DNA of 64,000 bases from Candidatus Hydrogenedentota bacterium (GCA_963668025.2 CAXXTH010000017.1:352001-416000); one strand, 5' to 3'; counted from the stretch's first letter, positions 1 to 9,016 are shown. Numbers and translations are program-made. The notes: a model not told the origin generated them from the sequence alone.

Positions 1-320
1 GAGTAAAAGTAACGCCGCTCTTGCTTCTCGTGGGCGGACTTTTTCTCTCCATGGATAAGGAGCCGGTGAGACTCCAGTTCCACTTTAAAATCGTTTACAG
101 CCAGTCCCGGCATTTCGGCCATGACCAGTATTTCGGAAGGGGTTTCTTCGATTTCCACCACGGGGCCGCCTTGCGCCTGAAAGGAAGAAAACCAAGCGCT
201 CTGTCCGAAGGGCTCCTCTTGTACGGTCCGGCCATGAGCGTAGCGGTCGAACACCGACAGCAGCCGCCCCCGGAGTTCATCAACCGATTCGCGCACGGTA
301 TGGGGAACAAGCGAATGCAT
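1..320 (-). CDS. Hsp20/alpha-crystallin small heat-shock protein (runs off the window edge)
   Basis: Not in the ORF track. Manual translation from the ATG at 320 (GGAGG RBS) gives MHSLVPHTVRES...GPVVEIEETPSEILVMAEMPGLAVNDFKVELESHRLLIHGEKK, typical of an Hsp20 core. Confidence 0.85.
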   Translation of the reverse strand, partial: MHSLVPHTVRESVDELRGRLLSVFDRYAHGRTVQEEPFGQSAWFSSFQAQGGPVVEIEETPSEILVMAEMPGLAVNDFKVELESHRLLIHGEKKSAHEKQERRYFY

Positions 321-675
321 GGATTCCGCGCCTCCTTGGGTTATTTCATCTGTACATACTTTCCCTTTTAAGGAGACAACGGAAAAGCAGGCTTCTATTC
401 CAGGAGGTTTCGGAAAAACAGCGGCTCAACGGGTAAAAAAAACTGTGAGTGCCTGCTTATAGGCAAGGACCTGAGAGACATTGCGCTGAAATGACTATCA
501 TCGGGAAACGAGAGTCAGCAGACACCCACAATTATAAATTATACTTTTTTATTCACATGGAATCAAACGCTTTCCTTCAGCCTGGAGCGCCCCTGGCGGG
601 TGTCCATGCTACACCACGTATTCGCGTTCATTCGCGGTTTCTCAAGTTTATCCACCTTGTTGCGGTTATGCCGCG

Positions 676-1080
676 TCAAGATTTCACTTGCTCCTGCTCT
701 GCCCGCCATTTGCGGTATTTACCGATGTCCAGCCGCACCAAAGACAGACAAGCGGTGATGGCCGTCGCGTCGTCGATCAGTCCCACTATGGGCAGAAAAT
801 CCGGGATAAAATCCAGCGGGCTTAATACGTAGAGCAGCGCCGCCACAATGGCGGCGATGGAGCCAAAGGGGACTTCCGTATAGCTTCTTTTCCAATAATC
901 CGAAACCATGCAAAACATATCGCGAATATCTCCGAGCATCTTAAGCAATGAGCCGGAGTGCGCCTTTTTCATAATCTTGTCTTCATTTTTAACGACCTTT
1001 TTGATGTCATCTTCTTTTATCCTTTTAGACCGCTCCTCGATGATCTTTTCACCATCTTCAACGGTATATTTGGCGCTCAT
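676..1080 (-). CDS. YkvA/DUF1232 family membrane protein
   Basis: Motif LLYVLSPLDFIPDFLPIVGLIDD. Confidence 0.9.
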   Translation of the reverse strand: MSAKYTVEDGEKIIEERSKRIKEDDIKKVVKNEDKIMKKAHSGSLLKMLGDIRDMFCMVSDYWKRSYTEVPFGSIAAIVAALLYVLSPLDFIPDFLPIVGLIDDATAITACLSLVRLDIGKYRKWRAEQEQVKS

Positions 1081-1086
1081 ATCATC

Positions 1087-1974
1087 TCATTCTCCCTGTT
1101 GTGTGTCTTTTCCTGCATCCAACAGGCTGGCCATTTGGGCTTCGAGGGTTTGGATGCGGCGTTCCAAGGCTTCGCTGGGGCGTTCATGCTGGATGCGGTG
1201 GGCGAGGCGTTCAGCCATGAGGTCATCTTGGATGAAGAGGCGGTCGGCCCAGACTTTCAAGAGGGTGGCGAGATAGCGGCGGCCCATTTGGCCGATGCTG
1301 AGGCTCGACATGCCCCACGTGCGGCCATACCACGCGATGGGGATCTCGATGATGTTGTAGTTGCGGATGAGGGCGCTGAGGCTCATTTCGATGGTGATGT
1401 TGAAATGGCTCGCGCGGTAGGGGCCGCATTCCTCGATCACATGGGTGCGGTAGGCCTTGAACGCGTTGGTGAGGTCGTTGAACCGGCTCCAGAACAGGAA
1501 CTGGACCATGCGGTTGACGATGCGATTGGCCACGAGCTTGACGATAGGGTATTTGGACACTTTCGAGCCGTGGCGGAACCGGGAGCCGAAGACGCAGTCG
1601 TAGCCCTCCTCGATCTTGGCGTAATAGCGCAGCGCGTCCTGGGGGTCGTCGGACTGGTCGGCCATGTAGATGATGACGAGGTCGCCGGTGACGAGGTCGA
1701 GGCCCGAGCGGATGGCGCGGCCGAATCCGCCGGGGGGCGTGCGGTCGATGGTGCGGATGTGGGGATTCTCCGCCATGAGGCGCTGGATCACCTGGGGCGT
1801 GCCGTCGCTGCTGTTGTCGTTGACGAGGATGAGTTCGTAGGGTATTTCGTTCGGTTCGAGGACGCGGACCAGTTCACCCACGGTGTTTTCGATGTTCTTT
1901 TCCTCGTTGCGCGAAGGAATCACGAACGAGGCCTTGAGGTGGTGCTTTTGGTTGGACATGGCGTACATCTCCAT
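1087..1974 (-). CDS. Glycosyltransferase family 2 (DPM1-like)
   Basis: VIPSRNEE, VNDNSSDGT, GFGRAIRSGL, MADQSDDP and VFGSRF motifs. Confidence 0.9.
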   Translation of the reverse strand: MEMYAMSNQKHHLKASFVIPSRNEEKNIENTVGELVRVLEPNEIPYELILVNDNSSDGTPQVIQRLMAENPHIRTIDRTPPGGFGRAIRSGLDLVTGDLVIIYMADQSDDPQDALRYYAKIEEGYDCVFGSRFRHGSKVSKYPIVKLVANRIVNRMVQFLFWSRFNDLTNAFKAYRTHVIEECGPYRASHFNITIEMSLSALIRNYNIIEIPIAWYGRTWGMSSLSIGQMGRRYLATLLKVWADRLFIQDDLMAERLAHRIQHERPSEALERRIQTLEAQMASLLDAGKDTQQGE

Positions 1975-1975
1975 A

Positions 1976-2545
1976 TTAGAGCGCGTAAAGAAACGGCGAC
2001 AATATCGAGGCCGATCCGCTCACGAGCATAAGCAGCCCAAGCAGCACGAGTGCGAGGACCACCGGGGCGAGCCAGAACAGCTTGCGCGCCCATAAAAAAG
2101 CCCCCAATTCGATCAGCGCATTACGGTGTCCGGACGCGCCGTCCGTCTGCGACTCAGCAGGCTCCCAATAGGTGGGCGCATCGGGCTTCCACCGGCGCTT
2201 GAGCGGATCTTTGCCGAGTAAAGACATCACCGCGCCCATGGGCGTGATAAGCCCATAGAACACCACGGCCAGCGTAGCGCGTGTCATGAACCAATTCAAG
2301 GCGAGGGCGAGCTTGAGCCAGCCCGCGAGCAACGGCATCAGGAGGCCAGGCGTGGCGAGTCCCGCAAGGGCCATGAGCGCGGCTATGTCGATGAAGAGCC
2401 ATGGAGGGCCGCCCATTTCGCCGGCGCGCCAACTGTGGAAGCCCCACCGTAGCAGGCCCAGCACCGCAACTGCCGCTGCCATGACAAGTCCGAACCGGCG
2501 CTGTTCGCGGCGGCTATGGATGTCTATTTCGTCAAACGTGTCCAT
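1976..2545 (-). CDS. SxtJ-family membrane protein fused to a C-terminal DUF5989 (SxtK-like) peptide
   Basis: RRFGL...VFYGLITPMG...GKDPL...TYW (SxtJ), then ELGAFLWARKLFWLAP...SPFLYAL (DUF5989). Confidence 0.8.
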   Translation of the reverse strand: MDTFDEIDIHSRREQRRFGLVMAAAVAVLGLLRWGFHSWRAGEMGGPPWLFIDIAALMALAGLATPGLLMPLLAGWLKLALALNWFMTRATLAVVFYGLITPMGAVMSLLGKDPLKRRWKPDAPTYWEPAESQTDGASGHRNALIELGAFLWARKLFWLAPVVLALVLLGLLMLVSGSASILSPFLYAL

Positions 2546-2692
2546 ACCGTTCTATTGTTCCACCTCTTTCGATTCCGGTGAATCTCGGGCTATACCGAGG
2601 ATATTGTATAGATTGAATCACACATTTGTCTTTTCTATTTCAAATATTATGGATCCTCGTAGTGCAGCATAACCGCAACCAAAGATCCAGAT

Positions 2693-2817
2693 TTCACCAC
2701 GAAATACACGAAACACACTAAAATCTGAAGCTTTGAGAAAGTCCTCCACATAAATATTGCGCTTAAACACGACAATAAGCTGAGTCACTTTAGTGTATTT
2801 CGTGTATTTAGTGGTAA
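2693..2817. repeat. Periodic palindromic element (9-nt-period arms, AT-rich loop)
   Basis: TTCACCACGAAATACACGAAACACACTAAA ... TTTAGTGTATTTCGTGTATTTAGTGGTAA. Confidence 0.85.
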
Positions 2818-2830
2818 AAAAGAGCTTCTT

Positions 2831-2912
2831 ATGGCCGAATTACGATATAAGGAGGAGGTCTTCGCCATCCCTTGCTAATTTCGGCCATCACCCAACGGTG
2901 GCTATCCATGTC
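2831..2912 (+). pseudogene. Internally deleted GxxExxY protein remnant
   Basis: ATG at 2831 gives MAELRYKEEVFAI (GxxExxY-like N-terminus), joined out of frame to LANFGHHPTVAI (GxxExxY-like C-terminal LxNFG motif). Confidence 0.65.
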
Positions 2913-2971
2913 GATAAACTTTCATACGCTGATTCTCCCATCCGCATACCCAAATCCAATGCAATATGCCT

Positions 2972-4783
2972 TTAGTCCAGTTCCAGCGATTCCCGCCAGG
3001 CGTCATCGCGGGGCCAAGGCTCCTGGAGTTCTTTATCCAGCAGAAACGAGCCCATGGCCAGGTAATCCATGTCCGTGCGCATGAAGCACGCATAGGCCTC
3101 GGCGGGCGTGCAAACAATGGGTTCGCCGCGCACGTTAAACGAGGTGTTGATCACAAGGGGGCAGCCCGTGCGCGCGTGAAATGCGGTGATGAGCCGGTGG
3201 TAGAGCGGGTTGTCCGCCGCATCGACGGTTTGAATGCGGGCCGAATTGTCCACGTGCGTCACGGCGGGGATTTCCGAACGCGCCACACGCAGTTTGCCGA
3301 AGCCTTCGGCCTGCTGCTCTTCGGGCGACAAAGCGCGCAGCCGGTCTGCCCGCACGGAAGCCACGAGGAGCATGTAGGGGCTGTCGCACGGCAGCTCGAA
3401 ATATTCCGCCGCGTGTTCGCGCAGCACCGAGGGCGCGAAGGGGCGGAAGGATTCGCGGAACTTTATTTTAAGGTTGAGTTTCGACTGCATTTCCGGCGCG
3501 CGGGGGTCGGCGAGGATACTGCGTGAGCCCAATGCCCGGGGGCCAAATTCCATGCGCCCCTGGAACCAGCCCACGATTTTCCACCGCGCCAGCAGTTCGG
3601 CCACGAGGCGGCACATTTCGCCTTCTTCCAGCCGTTCATAGGGAATTTTGTACGCATCGAGATACGACTGGATGATCTCATCCGAAAAACTGGGGCCGAG
3701 GTACGAGCCTTGCTGTGTACGCGCGCTGGGCGTGCGCGGATGGCCGAGCAATTGATGCCATGCAAACAGGGCGCACCCGAGGGCATTGCCCGCGTCGCCT
3801 GCGGCGGGTTGAATCCACATGCGCTCGAAGGGGCCTTCACGCAATATACGGCCATTGGCGACGCAGTTTAGCGCCACGCCGCCCGCTAGGACAAGATTGC
3901 GCTGGCCGGTCTCCGCGTGGGCCGTCCTCGCCAAACGAAGTACGATGTCCTCGAGCACCACTTGGATGGAACTCGCCAGGTCCATTTCACGCTGGGTGAT
4001 GGGCGATTCGGGCGTACGGGGCGGGCCGCCGAAGAGGTCCGCGAAACGGCGGTTGGTCATGCGCAAGCCCGCGCAATAGTCGAAATACTCCATATTTAGC
4101 CGGTACGAACCGTCGTCCTTGATGTCGGCCAGTTCGCGGCGGATCACGTCCTCGAAACGTGGCTCACCATATGGCGCGAGGCCCATCAGCTTGTATTCGC
4201 CGCTGTTCACGCGGAAACCGGTGAAGTACGTGAAGGCCGAATACAGCAAGCCGAGGGAATGGGGGAACGGGATCTCCTTGGTTAGCTCGATATGATTGCC
4301 CTTGCCGATGCCCTGCGTGGTGGTGGCCCATTCACCCACGCCGTCGAGGGTCAGGATCGCCGCTTCCTCGAAGGGACTCGGGAAAAACGCGGCGGTGGCA
4401 TGGGATTCGTGGTGGGCGCAAAACAGCACTTCGCCGCGATAGCCCAAGGCCCGCCGCAAGGTCCGGCGCATAAACAGCTTATCCTTGAGCCAAGGCGGCA
4501 TCTGCTCCCAGAACGACTGGATGCCCTTCGGGGCCATGGCCAGGTAGGTCATGAGAAGCCGTTCAAATTTGAGAAACGGCTTGTCATAAAAGGCCACGTA
4601 ATCGATGTCATTTATGGTGATGCCGCCCGCCTCGAGACAATACGCCACCGCATGATAGGGAAAGCCAGGGTCATGCTTTTTGCGGGTGAACCGTTCTTCC
4701 TGTGCGGCGGCCACAATCGTGCCATCGCGCAGCAGGCATGCGGCGCTATCGTGGTAAAACGCAGATATGCCAAGTATATACAT
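2972..4783 (-). CDS. O-carbamoyltransferase (NodU/CmcH family)
   Basis: ILGISAFYHDSAACL, EERFTRKKH, HHESH, GEYKLMGLAPYG, GRMEFGPRALG and NTSFNVRGEPIV motifs. Confidence 0.96.
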   Translation of the reverse strand: MYILGISAFYHDSAACLLRDGTIVAAAQEERFTRKKHDPGFPYHAVAYCLEAGGITINDIDYVAFYDKPFLKFERLLMTYLAMAPKGIQSFWEQMPPWLKDKLFMRRTLRRALGYRGEVLFCAHHESHATAAFFPSPFEEAAILTLDGVGEWATTTQGIGKGNHIELTKEIPFPHSLGLLYSAFTYFTGFRVNSGEYKLMGLAPYGEPRFEDVIRRELADIKDDGSYRLNMEYFDYCAGLRMTNRRFADLFGGPPRTPESPITQREMDLASSIQVVLEDIVLRLARTAHAETGQRNLVLAGGVALNCVANGRILREGPFERMWIQPAAGDAGNALGCALFAWHQLLGHPRTPSARTQQGSYLGPSFSDEIIQSYLDAYKIPYERLEEGEMCRLVAELLARWKIVGWFQGRMEFGPRALGSRSILADPRAPEMQSKLNLKIKFRESFRPFAPSVLREHAAEYFELPCDSPYMLLVASVRADRLRALSPEEQQAEGFGKLRVARSEIPAVTHVDNSARIQTVDAADNPLYHRLITAFHARTGCPLVINTSFNVRGEPIVCTPAEAYACFMRTDMDYLAMGSFLLDKELQEPWPRDDAWRESLELD

Positions 4784-4850
4784 GGACTATCCTTGCTCAA
4801 CAGGACGAATAACGGCCCTTCGTTGCGCCAGTGTGCCCCATATAGCCCCT

Positions 4851-4894
4851 AAAAGCAAGGAACCTCTCACCCGTTTCCGGTAGTGAGAGGTTCC
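4851..4894 (-). terminator. Probable intrinsic terminator after rplL
   Basis: GGAACCTCTCAC...GTGAGAGGTTCC stem followed on the minus strand by TTGCTTTT. Confidence 0.6.
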
Positions 4895-4917
4895 CATGCA
4901 ATAGGGCGAACGACGGA

Positions 4918-5310
4918 TCATTTGCCTTTAAGTTCGATAGTAGCGCCGACGGCCTCGAGCTTCTCTTTGATCTCTTTGGCCTCTTCTTCGGTCGCGCCTT
5001 CTTTAACGGCCTTAGGAGCGCCGTCAACCAGATCCTTGGCTTCTTTCAAGCCAAGGCCGGTCATCGCACGCACTTCCTTGATGACCTGGATCTTCTGCGA
5101 ACCAACGTCTTTCAGGATCACGTCGAACTCGGTGGGGCCTTCATCTTCGACGGGCGCGGCAGCGCCGGCCATCGGCATCATGCCGCCCATCATCATGGGG
5201 GCCGCAGCCGTTACACCGAACTTCTCTTCAAACATCTTCACCAATTCGCTGATCTCGAGCACGCTCAGCTCGGACACGCTCTGTACGATGGCTTCTAATT
5301 TCTCCGACAT
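4918..5310 (-). CDS. rplL: 50S ribosomal protein L7/L12
   Basis: MSEKLEAIV...[10 protein letters not shown]...TEFDVIL...[27 protein letters not shown]. Confidence 0.98.
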   Translation of the reverse strand: MSEKLEAIVQSVSELSVLEISELVKMFEEKFGVTAAAPMMMGGMMPMAGAAAPVEDEGPTEFDVILKDVGSQKIQVIKEVRAMTGLGLKEAKDLVDGAPKAVKEGATEEEAKEIKEKLEAVGATIELKGK

Positions 5311-5344
5311 GGCATATATCTCCAATTCCTGTTATAGGGCCGTG

Positions 5345-5878
5345 TTAGGCCGCTTGGGTTTCTTCTTTTTTCTTGCGGATTTGATCCAGCACGTTCACGA
5401 AATCGCGATTCGGCGCGTTGATAACGCTGACGAAATTGCGCAGCGGCATCGAAATGACGCCCACCAACTGGCCCAACAGGGCTTCGCGCGAAGGCAAGCT
5501 CGCCAGGGCGTCTAACTGCTCTTTCGAGATCACTACTCCCTCGAGAACGCCGCCCGCCATGGACACCTTCTCGACTTCTTTATTGTATTCCTTGAGCACT
5601 TTGGCGGGAGCGACCGGATCCGCACAGAAGGCCCATGCCGTCGGGCCCTCGAGATATTTCACCGCACCCGACAAGCCCAATTCATCCAGCGCACGCTTCA
5701 CCAGCGTGTTTTTATACACCTTGAGCAGGACGTTTTCGTCGCGCAGTTTCTTGCGCAAGACCGTGGACTGCAAGGCATTGATGCCGATGAAGCGCGTGGC
5801 GATAGCCACCTTGCTTTGTTGCAGCCGATCCTTAAACTCCTGAATGGCTTGTTCTTTTTCTTGCGTCGGCAATTGCAT
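5345..5878 (-). CDS. rplJ: 50S ribosomal protein L10
   Basis: LRKKLR...KVYKNTLVKRAL...GPTAWAF...LASLPSREALLGQL; directly upstream of rplL. Confidence 0.97.
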   Translation of the reverse strand: MQLPTQEKEQAIQEFKDRLQQSKVAIATRFIGINALQSTVLRKKLRDENVLLKVYKNTLVKRALDELGLSGAVKYLEGPTAWAFCADPVAPAKVLKEYNKEVEKVSMAGGVLEGVVISKEQLDALASLPSREALLGQLVGVISMPLRNFVSVINAPNRDFVNVLDQIRKKKEETQAA

Positions 5879-5899
5879 TCACCTCCCTTCGGCCTGCAC

Positions 5900-6022
5900 A
5901 TAAAAAAACCGCACCGTCTGAAGACAGTGCGGGACAGATCACAGTTGTGTATATCCGTCCGTGCTCCCAGTCTCGGCAGGCAGAGATTAAGGCCTATAGG
6001 CCGCCGGCTGTCTTCGACGTGA
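5900..6022 (-). promoter_or_regulatory. Ribosomal protein L10 leader (autoregulatory RNA) with attenuator hairpin
   Basis: Minus strand GTCGAAGACAGCCGGCGG...TTAA...CCTGCCGAGAC, followed by CCGCACTGTC-TTCA-GACGGTGCGG-TTTTTT before the rplJ RBS. Confidence 0.8.
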
Positions 6023-6048
6023 ACATCGGATGACCGATTTATGAGGAA

Positions 6049-6078
6049 ACCTTATCAAATCCAAAACTAGAAAGTCAA
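6049..6078 (-). promoter_or_regulatory. Sigma70-type promoter of rplJL
   Basis: TTGACT-N18-TAAGGT with an extended TG. Confidence 0.5.
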
Positions 6079-6264
6079 GAAATCAACATCGCTTGCAGCG
6101 GTGAAGAATAGCGGCGCCCCAGGGTCAGGCGTTGAGGTGATGCGGGTTAGACGGGGGGTGGCGAGGCCGACAGGCGACAGGAGGGGCAGCGGCTGTGCGT
6201 AAAGCCGGTGAATGGATGGGCGAGACGTGTAGGGCGGCGGCGCAACCGGGAACGCGCGGGCGCC

Positions 6265-7701
6265 CTATGCGGAACTGAAGCGGATCTGGATGGCCTCGGT
6301 GCAGAGGGCGTCATATTGTTCGCGGGACAGGGTGGCGTTGCGCAGGGCTTCGAGGAGGCGATGGGCAAGGTTTCTGGCGGAGCCAAAGCCTTTTGGAAAG
6401 TGGGCGGCCAGAAGGCTGCCATCCTCCAGGAGTTGCATGAGCAGATGGGCTATCTGCATCAAGAGGTAGTAGATCTTGCTGGCCTGTTCGTTTTGGGTAT
6501 AGGCGTGTTCGAGGTTGTAGCCGCCGTTTTTCTGCACGTTGAATGCTTCATTTTCAATCTTCCAGCGTAAGCGTCCTCCTTCATTGGCCAAGGCGGCCGC
6601 ATTGTGCGCGGATACGGATACGTTGGTCACCCATTTGAACTTGGTTTTCTTTATCATGCCTTCCGCGTCCGGGCGGGTGTCCACGCATTCGAGCACGGAC
6701 AGGATGTGTTCACGCCGCTCGGAATCGCGGTAGGGGATGTCGTTGACCCAGCGAAACTGCTGGTGGATTTCCTTCTTGTTGCCGCAACGCCACGTAAGCT
6801 GGTTTTCGGGCGTCGCGGCCGCGAGGCTCTCGAATTCTTCGTTCACGGTGGCCAATTGGCCGTCCGTGAGCGTAATCATGAACTTCCAGCCATATTGCTG
6901 GCACAGCCGAAACACCGGTCCCGTGGCGTACAGGCCGTCCATCGCCAACAGCAGCGGCAAGCGGGGGAATCGGGCATGCAGGCGTGGGGCCAGCCGGTAG
7001 AAGGCTTTGGTCTCGCAATCCTGCTTGCGTTGTTGCTCGCTTTTCGCCAGGTCTTTCTCTGGATTCTCAATGAACTCCGTCATGAGCGAAAAGACCCACC
7101 CGTTTGGCGTGACGATCTTGGACTCCAGCACGGGATGGTAGTAGGTGATCTTGCCGCTCTTGTGCTTGCGCGTGAGGCAATGGGCGCAGTGGCGATGATC
7201 ATAACTGCGTGTCCCCGTGGCGTCGATGGCCGCCACGTAGTAGCGCCCGAACAGGCGGTGGGGGTACAACACCTTCTTGTCGATGAGCGTCTGCGTCATG
7301 CCGGAAACGAGTTCCTGGACCGCCTCGAACGGCAAACCGCGAAATACCCCGTTCATCGTATCGCCATGCGGCACGCTGTCCACGTCAAACAAGACCTTGT
7401 ACAGATGGACCATGAACGTCGTGTACAACTGCAGGCGGACTTGCCGGCGCGCCCCGAGCCGGCATGCGAACATCAGCACTCCCAAGAACACCAGCGACGC
7501 GACACTGTAGTCCACGTCGCCGGCTTGCTCGGGTTTGCGGGGATCGGGCAAGCCCGCAAAGCGCTTGCGCACCGGGCCAAAGAAGTGGGTGAACGTCCTC
7601 AAGAAGGCCCGGATGATTTCCGGATGCTCTTCTTGCGGGTTTGCAGGAACTGCCGTTGGGCCGCGCCCATGGCCTCGACGAGCTTCTTGAGCTTTTTCCA
7701 T
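6265..7701 (-). CDS. DDE transposase
   Basis: LPDPR, PHGDT, AIDATG, KQDCE, MDGLY and GRLRWKIENEAFN motifs. Confidence 0.92.
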   Translation of the reverse strand: MEKAQEARRGHGRGPTAVPANPQEEHPEIIRAFLRTFTHFFGPVRKRFAGLPDPRKPEQAGDVDYSVASLVFLGVLMFACRLGARRQVRLQLYTTFMVHLYKVLFDVDSVPHGDTMNGVFRGLPFEAVQELVSGMTQTLIDKKVLYPHRLFGRYYVAAIDATGTRSYDHRHCAHCLTRKHKSGKITYYHPVLESKIVTPNGWVFSLMTEFIENPEKDLAKSEQQRKQDCETKAFYRLAPRLHARFPRLPLLLAMDGLYATGPVFRLCQQYGWKFMITLTDGQLATVNEEFESLAAATPENQLTWRCGNKKEIHQQFRWVNDIPYRDSERREHILSVLECVDTRPDAEGMIKKTKFKWVTNVSVSAHNAAALANEGGRLRWKIENEAFNVQKNGGYNLEHAYTQNEQASKIYYLLMQIAHLLMQLLEDGSLLAAHFPKGFGSARNLAHRLLEALRNATLSREQYDALCTEAIQIRFSSA

Positions 7702-7946
7702 TCCTCAATCCATTGCGCCACTTCGCGGCGCAATTCACGGGGCACGTGGAGGGTGCGGGTCTTCCCGCCCTCCTTCCACGTCAGCAGGGCCGTTTCATGG
7801 ATCGGCCCTTCCTGGACGCACCGGCAGCGCGGGTTCCCGCAGCGGCTGCGGGTGATGGTGAGCGTGGCGGGAAGAAAGGGCCCCAGACGCGCCAGGCGCG
7901 CCTGGACCTTGCGTCCCGCCGAGTTCGTGACAGGTTTCCCTTCCAT
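7599..7946 (-). CDS. DUF6788-family small Cys/His protein within the IS
   Basis: ATLTITRSRCGNPRCRCVQEGPIH...WKEGGKTRTLHVP. Confidence 0.8.
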   Translation of the reverse strand: MEGKPVTNSAGRKVQARLARLGPFLPATLTITRSRCGNPRCRCVQEGPIHETALLTWKEGGKTRTLHVPRELRREVAQWIEEWKKLKKLVEAMGAAQRQFLQTRKKSIRKSSGPS

Positions 7947-8183
7947 GTACGGAAGTATATATACTTCCGTACCAGAAGTCAACAAAAAAAAGCGCCGATG
8001 CGAAGAAAAAACTCCCCGCACCGGCGCATCCTCAACTCATTCAACTGCTTCTACGCGAAAAAAAAGCGGTTCTTCACCGCTGCATCGCTTGGGCCTGCAT
8101 GGATTGCGAACGGCGCATGCTCCTGCTTCAGCCAGCCACCGGGATGCCCAAAAACTTGCCAAGAGGCATCTCTCGATGCTCAT

Positions 8184-8218
8184 AAAGAGGAGGCCCCCGC
8201 ACGAGAGGCCTCCTCTTT
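8184..8218 (-). terminator. Hairpin terminator downstream of the EF-hand gene
   Basis: AAAGAGGAGGCC...GGCCTCCTCTTT. Confidence 0.55.
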
Positions 8219-8245
8219 GGCTAAAACGCTCTCTGAAGTCTGGCT

Positions 8246-8839
8246 TTACCCATTATCTTCGGACGCGGTGCTGGCACTATCTCCCTGGGTTGCGTCCTGT
8301 GGGCCGCCAGGCCCGCCCGGGCCGCCGGGACCATGAGGGCCGCGAGGCGGGTGGGCTTCTTGCCAAGTTTTAAACTCTTCGAGCGTTAGCGCGCTATTCT
8401 TGTCTGCGTCCATCTCGTCAAATTGCGTCGAGGGATCGCCGCCAGGCCCCATGCCTTCTGGGGGGCCGCCAGGGCCGCGCCGCTGGCCTTTGCCTTGTTC
8501 GCAAGCGCCTTTGTCTTGTTCATCGCCTGGGGGTGGAGCCATGCCTTCCGGACCGCCCGGGCCGCCTGGACGCGGATTGGCTTTGTGCCACGCCACAAAT
8601 TCTTCCTTAGTCACGGCGCCGCTCGAATCGGTATCCATGGCGTTGAACATCGCCGTAAAATCCGGCTTCGGCGGCGGTTGCGGAGTTGTTGCATCCGTGG
8701 TGGTTGTTTCCGTGGTGGTGCTCCCGGTGTCGGCAGCCCACACGGCGTTCATCACGGTGGGGCTTAAGGCGAACCCCGCAAGCAGCGCCGCGCCTATGGC
8801 GGCGTAAGAAAGTAAGCGCGTTTTCGTTTTCTCGTACAT
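8246..8839 (-). CDS. Secreted EF-hand protein with Gly/Pro-rich linkers
   Basis: Signal peptide; two EF-hand loops, DTDSSGAVTKEE and DADKNSALTLEE. Confidence 0.85.
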   Translation of the reverse strand: MYEKTKTRLLSYAAIGAALLAGFALSPTVMNAVWAADTGSTTTETTTTDATTPQPPPKPDFTAMFNAMDTDSSGAVTKEEFVAWHKANPRPGGPGGPEGMAPPPGDEQDKGACEQGKGQRRGPGGPPEGMGPGGDPSTQFDEMDADKNSALTLEEFKTWQEAHPPRGPHGPGGPGGPGGPQDATQGDSASTASEDNG

Positions 8840-8954
8840 AACACAAACCTCCTTCGGTTGGTTATCATCCGTATTGGTTCAATTCGTCTTGCGGGCCTCT
8901 TTGCCCGCCATCCAAAGCTTACCTTGCCAACATGACAGCGGCATGGTCGTTCAC

Positions 8955-8970
8955 ATTACATGAATGTAAT
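8955..8970. promoter_or_regulatory. Cop/Cus-box-like response-regulator site
   Basis: Near-palindrome ATTACATGAATGTAAT between the divergent EF-hand and response-regulator genes. Confidence 0.55.
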
Positions 8971-9016
8971 CTTCGTGATGGCGCATGAAGCAGTGCGGCA
9001 TGATATACTGCGGGGC

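Larger units (their letters stand above)
6096..8082 (-). mobile_element. Intact insertion sequence (~1987 bp), DDE type, probably ISNCY or IS4-superfamily-like
   Basis: Perfect 13-bp TIRs CAGCGGTGAAGAA (6096-6108) / TTCTTCACCGCTG (8070-8082); 9-bp target duplication CATCGCTTG (6087-6095 and 8083-8091). Confidence 0.93.

Noticed and set aside
374-401. ECF/heat-shock promoter (GGAATA...GTTGTCT) upstream of hsp20
   Set aside because: Plausible, but the spacing is ambiguous and a single weak match is not enough to call.
1976-4783. Saxitoxin biosynthesis cluster (sxtI/J/K-like)
   Set aside because: No sxtA, sxtG or other core genes. The carbamoyltransferase-SxtJ-DUF5989 trio is widespread outside toxin producers.
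6604-8373. 589-aa plus-strand ORF, and similar long antisense ORFs (e.g. 958-2031, 17034-18236, 44559-45860, 60111-61097)
   Set aside because: Shadow ORFs opposite well-supported genes in GC-rich DNA, with no recognisable motifs.
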